Part shown: piece after piece, positions 10,601-17,573 of the stretch
Position numbering within the stretch: the stretch's first letter is position 1
Layout of the letters: each line of letters opens with the position of its first letter
Origin: Bacteroidales bacterium
Lineage (GTDB): Bacteria; Bacteroidota; Bacteroidia; Bacteroidales; UBA12077
Assembly: GCA_028282585.1 (NCBI GenBank)
Contig: JANQHR010000035.1
Location: 1 to 42,340 of the forward strand
DNA length: 42,340 nucleotides
Reading direction: 5' to 3'
The notes under the pieces: generated by a model
Databases searched by the model: none
The model's input: the letters and a program-made list of their open reading frames with translations, nothing else
Told to the model about the DNA's origin: nothing
Translations under genes and position numbers: made by a program

Positions 10601-10983
10601 GATAAAATAGTAGATTTTTTACCATTAGGCTGATATTCAGGAGAAATATCAGCTGGATGTAAATTTAGAAACTCTTTTTTATTTTTATAACCAAACATAT
10701 CCAAAGCAGCCTGATTACAATCCTGAAAACCATCTTCGGTAACTATAACTATCGCATCCCGGGTAGATTGATATAAAATTCTATACTTTTCCTCTCTTTC
10801 AATAAAATCTTTACTACGTTTTAATAAATCATTTGAATTTATATAGTCAGAATTATTTTGATGAGTTGAAATTTCATCGAGAAGATCGTCTATTTTATTT
10901 AAAATATTTAAATACTCTTTTGCCTGAATAGACTTTTCCAGTTCTCTCCTATACTCTGAAAGTTTAACAAATAAATTATTCAT
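7681..10983 (-). CDS. Cytoplasmic multi-PAS histidine kinase
   Basis: About six PAS/PAC units ending in DISERK/DITERR/DITEVR/EITKQ/DITSRK/DITDKK, H-box LAHDLRSP, NLIGNAIKF and GTGLGL. No TM segment. ATG 10983 is preferred over TTG 11028. Confidence 0.93.
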   Translation of the reverse strand: MNNLFVKLSEYRRELEKSIQAKEYLNILNKIDDLLDEISTHQNNSDYINSNDLLKRSKDFIEREEKYRILYQSTRDAIVIVTEDGFQDCNQAALDMFGYKNKKEFLNLHPADISPEYQPNGKKSTILSKNIIKEAYSKKTPLFEWTHRKKNGDVFPCEVLLSPLSLKSETVIQSVIRDISERKNNEIKLKKSEEKFRALSDLSPAGICILTIDNYFYVNKAWCELTEYSEEESKKLKPLDIVDPQMRDLVRTRSEARFRGEDVPSRYNIKIITKKGKEKWIDISFTIINYEGYFATLALMHDITERRKAQEKLKNSEEKFRKLTELSPSGISIQRKNEYIYVNKAWCKITGYSVKESKTVGPFDIIHPDMREYVWNLSEQKLKKKGANLRYDLKIITKDQEIKWLDISITTIKYKNKDASFAICNDITEVRKIQESLKLSEEKFRKLTELSPTAICIQTTDKFLWTNPAWSEITGYSQSELSNIGPLDIIHPDMRKISRERSDARLNNEDVITRYNLKVLTKDNKVKWVDIAISVIEFEGKTASLVVCSEITKQIEVQDALKQSEQKYRGLIENLRQEYIFFRHNPDGNFEYVSPSVTNILGFEQEDFSKNYYEYFTKNPINNTAKEKRELGLQGIQQLPYELEIYDIQKNKHILEISEAPIVDSLGNVLFIEGIAHDITSRKKAEKIIQDQLEEIKINNEEIKSINEELHAVNDDLEARLIEIDILNKELSFSKTKYENLVKNIPGIVFRYRIDKEWTMEYISNEVEVITGYKASDFILNNTRSFTSIIHAEDRDRVYQTINDSICKKQSYSVEYRLVDSRKEIIWVYERGQLLKKGKKKLLNGVILDITDKKKVEEKLIESEKELRRLNAQKDKFFSLLAHDLRSPIGNFLQISELLKLNYEGLTVKQANDFFDNLYTLSDRTFKLLENLLMWSRSQLGRLEIEPTDLPLKKVLDDVLYLLEENLKSKNIILENNIADEIVVKADLNVVQTLFRNLIGNAIKFSFEKGKITVNCKEIKSVQKEHVVVSIEDKGVGIPSDKVDRIFNMDEDYSTLGTNREKGTGLGLILCKEIIEKTGERIWVESQEGKGSSFYFTLKS

Positions 10984-11159
10984 AAGGGATTTCGATTCAT
11001 ATGCCTTGCAAATTATAAAAAAAAGCAAGTAAAGTCAATTATTTTTGACAAAGTAAAATGCTGAAAATTAACACTATAGAAAAAATCATATTAATTACTG
11101 AATAATCTGTTAAATGTACTATAAGCAAAAGAGTGGTTAACTCAGATTTAATCAGTTTA

Positions 11160-11394
11160 TTTCGTACTAATAGTAAGCCAGTTTAAATAATTTGGAAAGA
11201 ATTAAAGGATAGTAAGATTAAAGGTTTAAAGTTTAGGAGACAACATTCAATTAATCAATTTATGTAGATTTCCATTACTGTTAAAAAAGTTTTTTATTGA
11301 ATTCGATGGTGGAATACATAAAAAACCACACCAATAAGAAAGAGATGTGCGAAGGCAATTTATACTTGAAGAGTTAGGACTTATTGTAATCGGT
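11160..11394 (+). pseudogene. Degraded DUF559 (YcjD/Vsr-like) endonuclease gene
   Basis: Manual translation gives FRTNSKPV*IIWKELKDSKIKGLKFRRQHSINQF, then after frameshifts VDF and FIEFDGGIHKKPHQ*ERDVRRQFILEELGLIVI. These match the family motifs LW..L...G.KFRRQH, IE.DG..H and RD..R...L...G, with in-frame stops. Confidence 0.8.
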
Positions 11395-11401
11395 AATTTA
11401 C

Positions 11402-11437
11402 TGGCTTCTACTCTTTAAAGTAAGAGTAAAGAAGCCA
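11402..11437 (-). terminator. Hairpin, probable intrinsic terminator of the DUF4252 gene
   Basis: TGGCTTC-TACTCTT / AAGAGTA-AA-GAAGCCA inverted repeat, 10 nt past the stop at 11448. Confidence 0.55.
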
Positions 11438-11447
11438 TAAGAAAATA

Positions 11448-11912
11448 TCAATCTGCTAAACTAATAAACTTATTAAAATCAGGCTCTCCTCTAAAATCAA
11501 AAAGCATTAATACATTTTCATCATCACTCTCAACCAACATCAACATTTCTGATTTTCTTTCTGATTTCTTATTCATGACCATTCGAACAGTTTCATCTCT
11601 TTCTATAACGGTCATAACTTCAACAAAGTTCCCATTTTTAATTCCCTCCTCCAACAACTGAAAATCATATTTATGAAAACGATTCTCGCTAATAACAATT
11701 TTCATATTATCAATCATTTTCAATACTTCACGTTCTTCGTCATCCATATTACCATATGTTACACCTAGTTTTATTAAGAATGATGGAATTACAATGGTAA
11801 ATTCGCTGTTATGCCTTTGAAAGTCTTTAACAACTTCTTTTAAAGAGTTTTGTGCAGATAATCCTGATACGAACAGGATCATAACCGATAAAATTGCAAT
11901 TATTTTTTTCAT
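11448..11912 (-). CDS. Secreted DUF4252-like protein
   Basis: Sec signal peptide (MKKIIAILSVMILFVSGLSA-Q), 154 aa, with the pattern ...LKMIDNMKI...EVMTV....ETVRM...EMLMLV typical of Bacteroidota DUF4252. Confidence 0.75.
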   Translation of the reverse strand: MKKIIAILSVMILFVSGLSAQNSLKEVVKDFQRHNSEFTIVIPSFLIKLGVTYGNMDDEEREVLKMIDNMKIVISENRFHKYDFQLLEEGIKNGNFVEVMTVIERDETVRMVMNKKSERKSEMLMLVESDDENVLMLFDFRGEPDFNKFISLAD

Positions 11913-12025
11913 AAAATTTGTCTTTAGTTAAACTTTTATTTAAGACGATTATGAATATAATCCGTTACAATAAAAAAATCAGATTGTCATTGCATACGAT
12001 CCTGATGATTATCGGGAGAACGAAT

Positions 12026-12186
12026 GGGGGTGTCCAAAAAGTACAATAGTTAAATTTTGTTGGTATTTTTTACTTTGAGTAACTTTGTGTCTTCTTTGGG
12101 ATTCTCTGTGTAACAGCCTTTTATAATTTTACCACAAAGTTTCACAAAGCAGGCACAAAGAACACTAAGGCTTTTTGGACACCCCC
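12026..12186. mobile_element. MITE-like element with perfect 16-bp terminal inverted repeats
   Basis: GGGGGTGTCCAAAAAG (12026-12041) is the exact reverse complement of CTTTTTGGACACCCCC (12171-12186). The interior has CTTTG(A/T/G)G-type and CACAAAG repeats and no ORF. Confidence 0.65.
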
Positions 12187-12199
12187 TTCGCTATGACTT

Positions 12200-13567
12200 T
12201 TAAAAATAATCTTCAGGGTTTACATTTTCTCCATTTTTCATTACTTCATAATGTAAATGCGGACCGGTTGAAGCTCCTGTGCTTCCCACGTAACCAATAA
12301 TATCTCCTTTTTTAATTTCTTCGCCTTCGTTCGATTTACACTTAGAAAGCTGAGAATACATTGTTGAATATCCTGATTCATGATCTAAAATGATGTATTT
12401 CCCGTGTCCTTTTCCTTCCTTATGATTTCTCCTTACTTCACGTACCATACCATCCGCTGTAGCATACACAGGAGTTCCTTCCGGTGCTTTAATATCAACT
12501 CCAACATGCATCATTTTTACTTTTTTAATAGGGTGCATTCTAATTCCATAATCTGAAGAAATTTTTACACCTTCCACTTTCTTAACTGGAAATATAGAAG
12601 GAATCTTACTCGATTGTTCAACTTCACCTATTTGTACTATGCTTTTTTCTATAATACTTTCCTTTGCAGTTTCTATTGTGAATGCCGATAATAAAATAAC
12701 TATTAATGGCAGTACCAACATAGCTTTTAATCTGGACAATTTACTTGAATTTATTCTTGTCATCATTTTTATTCTTTTTTTGGTTAATGAATAATTAAAC
12801 TGGCTGGTAAGGCTAACACTGAAACTCTTTTCAATCTGTTCAAGGATTAACTTTTGATAAGCTACTTTATCGTGATTTTTTATAATAACTCCTTGATCTG
12901 CTAAAAACTCATGAATTTCTTTAAGGGCCAACCTATACCAATAAATGAAAGGATTAAACCACTGAAAAACAAGTAATAATTCAAGTAGGATAATGTCGAA
13001 CGAATGTTTTTGCCTTGCATGAATCATTTCGTGCACTAATAGTTCATTCGCCTCGTCCCGATCTTTATAACTATCGGGATTATCGGGAGAACCATAATCA
13101 TTTTTATTAATAAAAATATAATGAAAGAATGAAAATGGAGCACTATCCTTTTCTACTAAAACGATTTTAAATTTCCTATAATTTATTTTCTCATAAGCAT
13201 TTACTGTTTTAATAATTTTAAATAATTGAAATAGAAATCTTACTAAATAAAAACTCCCAATAATAATATACATCAACATCAGGTAATTTATTTTTGGGAA
13301 ACTTCTAATTGTATTTTCCTCGATTGAGCTTATCGTAGTTCCTAAATTGGTAATATTATTAAACTCAAACTGGTTTTCAGAATTAACAACTAAACTCGAT
13401 GTTGAAAAATCAAGTAAAGGAAGAACAAAAGAAAAAACTAATCCAAACAACAAGTAATACCGGTTAAAGCGAAACCAGGTATCTTTCTTTAAAAATAATT
13501 CATAAAATATGTACAACACCGAAAGTGATATAGTAGATTCTATGATATAGTTAAAAAATAAACTCAT
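12200..13567 (-). CDS. BlaR1/MecR1-like M56 peptidase fused to a C-terminal M23 peptidase
   Basis: N-terminal TMs with FNRYYLL, HEMIH (HExxH), WFNPF, HEFLAD and KKRIKMM. The C-terminal M23 domain has HVGVD (HxxxD) and STGPHLHYEV. Confidence 0.92.
   Translation of the reverse strand: MSLFFNYIIESTISLSVLYIFYELFLKKDTWFRFNRYYLLFGLVFSFVLPLLDFSTSSLVVNSENQFEFNNITNLGTTISSIEENTIRSFPKINYLMLMYIIIGSFYLVRFLFQLFKIIKTVNAYEKINYRKFKIVLVEKDSAPFSFFHYIFINKNDYGSPDNPDSYKDRDEANELLVHEMIHARQKHSFDIILLELLLVFQWFNPFIYWYRLALKEIHEFLADQGVIIKNHDKVAYQKLILEQIEKSFSVSLTSQFNYSLTKKRIKMMTRINSSKLSRLKAMLVLPLIVILLSAFTIETAKESIIEKSIVQIGEVEQSSKIPSIFPVKKVEGVKISSDYGIRMHPIKKVKMMHVGVDIKAPEGTPVYATADGMVREVRRNHKEGKGHGKYIILDHESGYSTMYSQLSKCKSNEGEEIKKGDIIGYVGSTGASTGPHLHYEVMKNGENVNPEDYF
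13055..13089. repeat. Palindromic CCCGAT...ATCGGG repeat inside the M56 coding sequence
   Basis: GTCCCGATCTTTATAACTATCGGGATTATCGGGAG encodes SPDNPDSYKDRD on the minus strand. A related intergenic copy, ATCCTGATGATTATCGGGA, lies at ~11999-12017. Confidence 0.7.
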
Positions 13568-13947
13568 TACTTAGATTTTTTCTTTTTTTCTATTTGTTCT
13601 TCAACCTGCTTTTTCAATTCTTCTAACTCCGACAAGCTTAGATTATTATCGTTTGCAAAAAATGACACCAATTTACTTACCGAGTTATTAAAAAAGCTTT
13701 TAACAGCTCCCTTTAAAAAAACTTTTGCATATTCACCCTTTTTAATTTTGGGGAAATATTCGTTTGATTTTCCATATGTTTTAAATCCAATAAAACCTTT
13801 ATTAACTAAAACTCTAACGACAGTAGATATAGTAGTATATGCTGGTTTCGGTTCAGGGAACTGATCGACAATATCCTTTAGAAATCCTTTTTTAATCTCC
13901 CAGAGATATTGCATTACTTGTTCTTCAGCTTTGGTTAATTCTTTCAT
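13567..13947 (-). CDS. BlaI/MecI/CopY family repressor
   Basis: LTKAEEQVMQYLW, PAYTTISTVVRVLVNKGF, FFNNS..KLVSFF. It is translationally coupled to the M56 gene (1-nt overlap). Confidence 0.95.
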   Translation of the reverse strand: MKELTKAEEQVMQYLWEIKKGFLKDIVDQFPEPKPAYTTISTVVRVLVNKGFIGFKTYGKSNEYFPKIKKGEYAKVFLKGAVKSFFNNSVSKLVSFFANDNNLSLSELEELKKQVEEQIEKKKKSK

Positions 13948-13951
13948 ATCA

Positions 13952-14043
13952 CAAATTTATAACTATTTATTTAGTAACAAAACTATTTTTATCATTTTAC
14001 GACTATTTTAATAGTTATATAACTATTTTTTTAATTACATTTG
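13952..14043. promoter_or_regulatory. Divergent Bacteroidota promoters bracketing four phased BlaI-type operator boxes
   Basis: TAnnTTTG -7 boxes: TAAATTTG on minus (13952-13959) and TACATTTG on plus (14036-14043). ACTA-N6-TAGT boxes start at 13962 (perfect), 13982 (degenerate), 14002 (perfect) and 14022 (1 mismatch). Confidence 0.75.
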
Positions 14044-14061
14044 TCTGTAAATATTATAACT

Positions 14062-15024
14062 ATGACAAACATAAAGTATAAATTTTCCTCAGAAACTCTG
14101 GAGTATATAGAGGTAAAGCAATCGAATAATTTTAAAATCAAAAAAATAATCTTTTATTTTATTACAAGTATTTGCATCTCCTTCATATACTTTTTTTTCT
14201 ATTTAAAGATCTTTAATTCACCAGAGGAAAAAGCACTTCAAAAGGAAAACGAAGAACTTAATAGAATTTATCTGGAATTGAATAAAACTTTAACTGTTAT
14301 TAACAACAAGTTTGCTAAAATTGAAGAAAGAGATGATAAAATCTACAGGGCCATATTTAACATTGATCCGTTGGAAATAAGAGATGGAGGATCTGGTGGT
14401 TCAAATAAATACGTCCACTATAATAACCTTAAAAACAAGGAGCTTGTAATAAATACAGCGGAAAGGATCAATAAACTTAATGAAAAAATTACCATTGAGG
14501 ATAAATCGCTTGCCGATCTGGAAAAATTAGCATATGCCAAACAAGAAGAAATGCTGCATATTCCTGCAATTCAACCAGTTGAAAATAAGGACCTATTGCG
14601 AACAGGGTCCGGGTTCGGTATGCGTTTTCATCCAATATTGAATATTTATCGTCCGCATAAAGGATTAGATTTTGTATGTCCAAAAGGGTCTGAAGTTTAT
14701 GCAACAGCAGATGGAAAAGTATCCTCGGTTAGATGGTCAACAACTTTTGGAAAAGTAGTTGAAATTAATCATGGTTATGGGTATTTAACATTATACGGAC
14801 ACCTTTCAGAGTATGCAGTTAAACTTAGGCAAAAAATAAAACGTGGAGATTTAATTGGTTATGTCGGAAGTTCCGGTTTATCGTCAGGGAATCATTTGCA
14901 TTACGAAGTACATAAAAATGGAATTCCGGTTAATCCTCTTCCCTACTTCTTTAGCAATTTAAGTCCTGATGATTTTGTAAAAATGCAAATGATTGCTGAC
15001 AGTATTAAACAAAGTATGGATTAG
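14062..15024 (+). CDS. M23 family metallopeptidase with N-terminal TM and coiled coil
   Basis: IPAIQPV, GMRFHPI, HKGLDF, SSGNHLHYEV. ATG 14062 is preferred because the TTG at 14041 lies inside the -7 promoter box. Confidence 0.93.
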   Translation: MTNIKYKFSSETLEYIEVKQSNNFKIKKIIFYFITSICISFIYFFFYLKIFNSPEEKALQKENEELNRIYLELNKTLTVINNKFAKIEERDDKIYRAIFNIDPLEIRDGGSGGSNKYVHYNNLKNKELVINTAERINKLNEKITIEDKSLADLEKLAYAKQEEMLHIPAIQPVENKDLLRTGSGFGMRFHPILNIYRPHKGLDFVCPKGSEVYATADGKVSSVRWSTTFGKVVEINHGYGYLTLYGHLSEYAVKLRQKIKRGDLIGYVGSSGLSSGNHLHYEVHKNGIPVNPLPYFFSNLSPDDFVKMQMIADSIKQSMD

Positions 15025-15036
15025 GATTAAACAGCA

Positions 15037-15726
15037 TTACTTTAGGGCAAAATCTAAAGTTGCCTCAGCAAATATATCCGTACCATCAATTATTGGAGTT
15101 GAGATATCTTCCTTTTGGATGATCAATGGCAATTCTGTACAACCTAAAATAACAGCATCCGCCGAATATGTATTAATTAGCTTTATTAATTCAATTTTGC
15201 TTGTTTCATTTATAATATCAAGAACAAGCTCATTAAATATAATTCGGTTAACTAGTCCCTGGTCCCTTGGCGACGGAACAATTGTTTCAAGATTTTTCTT
15301 TTTTAAACCATCTTTATAAAAATCTTCACTCATCGTATATCTCGTGCCAAGTAATAATAGCTTTTTATAACCATTATCTGCAGCGTAATCAGCAACTACA
15401 TCAATAATACTCAATAAGGGAATAGAAACTTTGTTCTCAATTTGTGAGAATACTCTGTGAGGTGTATTGGAGGCAATAACTGCAAACTCTGCACCTGCCC
15501 TTTCCAATGAATCAATTGCCTTTATAAATTCCTGAATATAATTCATGGAATCCGTTTCATTCTGAAAATCTTTGATTTTTCCAAAATCGACACTAAACAT
15601 CACTATCTCAGGATAATAATAATCTTTATTTCTTAAGAAATGTTTTTCTACCAATAATTTATAAAATAATGCAGATGATTGTGGACTCACACCACCTACT
15701 ATTCCTATTCTTTTATAAGTATTCAT
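15037..15726 (-). CDS. Aspartate/glutamate racemase family protein
   Basis: IGIVGGVSPQSS, IASNTPH, LLLGTRYTM, ILGCTELP. Confidence 0.92.
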   Translation of the reverse strand: MNTYKRIGIVGGVSPQSSALFYKLLVEKHFLRNKDYYYPEIVMFSVDFGKIKDFQNETDSMNYIQEFIKAIDSLERAGAEFAVIASNTPHRVFSQIENKVSIPLLSIIDVVADYAADNGYKKLLLLGTRYTMSEDFYKDGLKKKNLETIVPSPRDQGLVNRIIFNELVLDIINETSKIELIKLINTYSADAVILGCTELPLIIQKEDISTPIIDGTDIFAEATLDFALK

Positions 15727-15908
15727 AAAATATCTTTTTCTAAATTTACGAAAATTTCCTTTAAAAAAGTTTTACCAGATTCTCTATTTACACAAATTAA
15801 CATGTCGTTTACTAACTTTTTGTTGTCCTCTACTAAATATTTTCATATTAGATAATCGCAAATAATATATTTAAGCAGATAAAAGGAGATTTTAATAAGA
15901 AGATTAAC

Positions 15909-16328
15909 ATGAATTCATTATCAAATGGATTGCCAACAATTATACATGAAAAAATCAATTTTTCATGCTTCAGCGGTTTTGCTCTTGGAACAATAGATAC
16001 TTCAGTTAATGACCAAGGAAATACAGAGTTTCCAACCGTAATAAATGTAAATACTAACTTAGGAAGAGGAAGCATAACATTAACGTTAAAAGGAAATGAA
16101 ACAATCAAAAAGTCAGTAAATGGTATTGTTATAGAAGTATCTATTTTTGAATGGAACTGCACAAAAGAGAAACTTAGTTTTCATGCTAAAGCTGTTATGT
16201 TTAATACCGTTATTAATAAACTAAGTTGCACAGTTATAAACACAAAATTATCAGGTAAGCGCTATAGTGCAATAGAGTATAAACAAAAAATGAAACAACT
16301 AATCAATTATATAAAACAGAACAATTAA
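15909..16328 (+). CDS. Hypothetical beta-rich protein (139 aa)
   Basis: ATG start after an A-rich leader, followed by a terminator hairpin. No motif recognised. Confidence 0.65.
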   Translation: MNSLSNGLPTIIHEKINFSCFSGFALGTIDTSVNDQGNTEFPTVINVNTNLGRGSITLTLKGNETIKKSVNGIVIEVSIFEWNCTKEKLSFHAKAVMFNTVINKLSCTVINTKLSGKRYSAIEYKQKMKQLINYIKQNN

Positions 16329-16369
16329 AAGCTAAAGTTTAAAATTGTTTTTATTCCTGTAATTCTACC

Positions 16370-16402
16370 ATGGCGTAACTAAAGTTGCGCCATTCTTCTT
16401 TA
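16370..16402 (+). terminator. Intrinsic terminator
   Basis: ATGGCGTAACT-AA-AGTTGCGCCAT stem (one G-U pair) followed by TCTTCTTT. Confidence 0.7.
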
Positions 16403-16553
16403 TAAAATATGCATTTATCCAAAATTCTATTCACATAAAATAAACCTCTTTTCACTAAATTTTCACTACCATCCACTCATCTATTTTTCATCTGTTAATT
16501 TTTATTAGAAAATTAGTTATAGTAAATCAAATTATCAGCAAAATCAAAAACTT

Positions 16554-16628
16554 ATGAAAGGAGGTAATATGATAAGAGCAGGACCCAAACCGACTTATAT
16601 TGAATTTAGTAATATAAACATTCAATAA
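16554..16628 (+). CDS. Candidate leader peptide MKGGNMIRAGPKPTYIEFSNINIQ
   Basis: Manual translation: ATG at 16554 after an A-rich AAATCAAAAACTT leader, TAA ending at 16628, 76 nt before the next ATG. It is below the ORF-track size cutoff. Confidence 0.45.
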   Translation: MKGGNMIRAGPKPTYIEFSNINIQ

Positions 16629-16704
16629 TTCATCAATTTTTCATTTACAAACAGGTTTTATTACCGAAATACAAATAACAATTAACAACTAAAATTAATT
16701 AATT

Positions 16705-17037
16705 ATGTCTTATCCAGTTGAAAAAAAAAATGTATTATTAGTAAATAGTGTAACGGCGAGTACTACAATCAACCTTGTTGATGGAATGCAAGTTTCAAAA
16801 ACTGTATTTTCAACAGCTGCAGGAGATCTTGGTACTGTTACTTTAAGCCCGGTTCAGCCAAGTGCTTCGAATATAGAATACAAGGCTGGGAAACAGTCTG
16901 TACAAATCTCTAATATTTCATTTCGTGCGGCATTTGGTCTTGATCAAGGCCAAGTTACTACCAGCGGTACTGCAACCGATCAGGATGGAAACAATGAAGC
17001 TCCGTTCAATAAACAAATTTGCAGTTGGAATAATTAA
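16705..17037 (+). CDS. Small beta-rich hypothetical protein (110 aa), no signal peptide
   Basis: Clean ATG after an A-rich leader; Ser/Thr/Val-rich; followed by a hairpin. Confidence 0.85.
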   Translation: MSYPVEKKNVLLVNSVTASTTINLVDGMQVSKTVFSTAAGDLGTVTLSPVQPSASNIEYKAGKQSVQISNISFRAAFGLDQGQVTTSGTATDQDGNNEAPFNKQICSWNN

Positions 17038-17046
17038 TAAAAGTTA

Positions 17047-17092
17047 AAAAGGGCTGTCCCCTAAATTTCGGTTAGCAACAGCCCTTTTCTTA
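17047..17092 (+). terminator. Intra-operon hairpin/terminator
   Basis: AAAAGGGCTGT (17047-17057) pairs with ACAGCCCTTTT (17078-17088), followed by CTTT. Confidence 0.65.
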
Positions 17093-17112
17093 TTCAAATA
17101 ATCATTAAAAAA

Positions 17113-17544
17113 TTGACACGAAACATCATACCCATTCTATTCTTGTCGCTGGGGCTTTTGGCAACAACACCATTTTGTCAAAAAGCATCAAACCAGAATT
17201 TAAATCACAGGCAAGAATTTATTATACACCCTGGTGATAGTAGCTCCAGGTTTTTTGGCGACCTGCTATTAACCTACAAGGTAGATTCCCTTGGACAAAA
17301 TGTAAACTGTATGCTTTTTCTATCGACACAATTGGTGGGCATTCACACGCTTGTAAAAGAAGATCCAACCTATAAATTTAAAGTTCAATTGGCAGAGGCA
17401 AAATCTAAGGGAACACTGGAACTAAAACTAGGATTTTACCCCCAGGTATCAACACTATGGGGAAACTTTACATATTCTGTTGTTGCAAATAATGAAAGCT
17501 TCAACTTCACCGGAGATGTTGTAGGTTGGTATATAAAGCAATAG
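17113..17544 (+). CDS. Small putatively secreted beta-rich hypothetical protein (143 aa)
   Basis: TTG start; N-terminal signal-like segment MTRNIIPILFLSLGLLATTPFC. Confidence 0.8.
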   Translation: MTRNIIPILFLSLGLLATTPFCQKASNQNLNHRQEFIIHPGDSSSRFFGDLLLTYKVDSLGQNVNCMLFLSTQLVGIHTLVKEDPTYKFKVQLAEAKSKGTLELKLGFYPQVSTLWGNFTYSVVANNESFNFTGDVVGWYIKQ

Positions 17545-17573
17545 ACAATAAATTATTTTAATTCAGAAATTTC

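Noticed and set aside
12060-12170. CRISPR-like short repeats
   Set aside because: The units are only ~7 bp with ~11-bp period and form an inverted arrangement. There are no 25-45-bp repeats with unique spacers and no cas genes.
12200-13947. blaI/blaR1 beta-lactam resistance locus
   Set aside because: The sensor has an M23 domain rather than a penicillin-binding domain, and no beta-lactamase or PBP2a gene is adjacent. Gene symbols were therefore not assigned.
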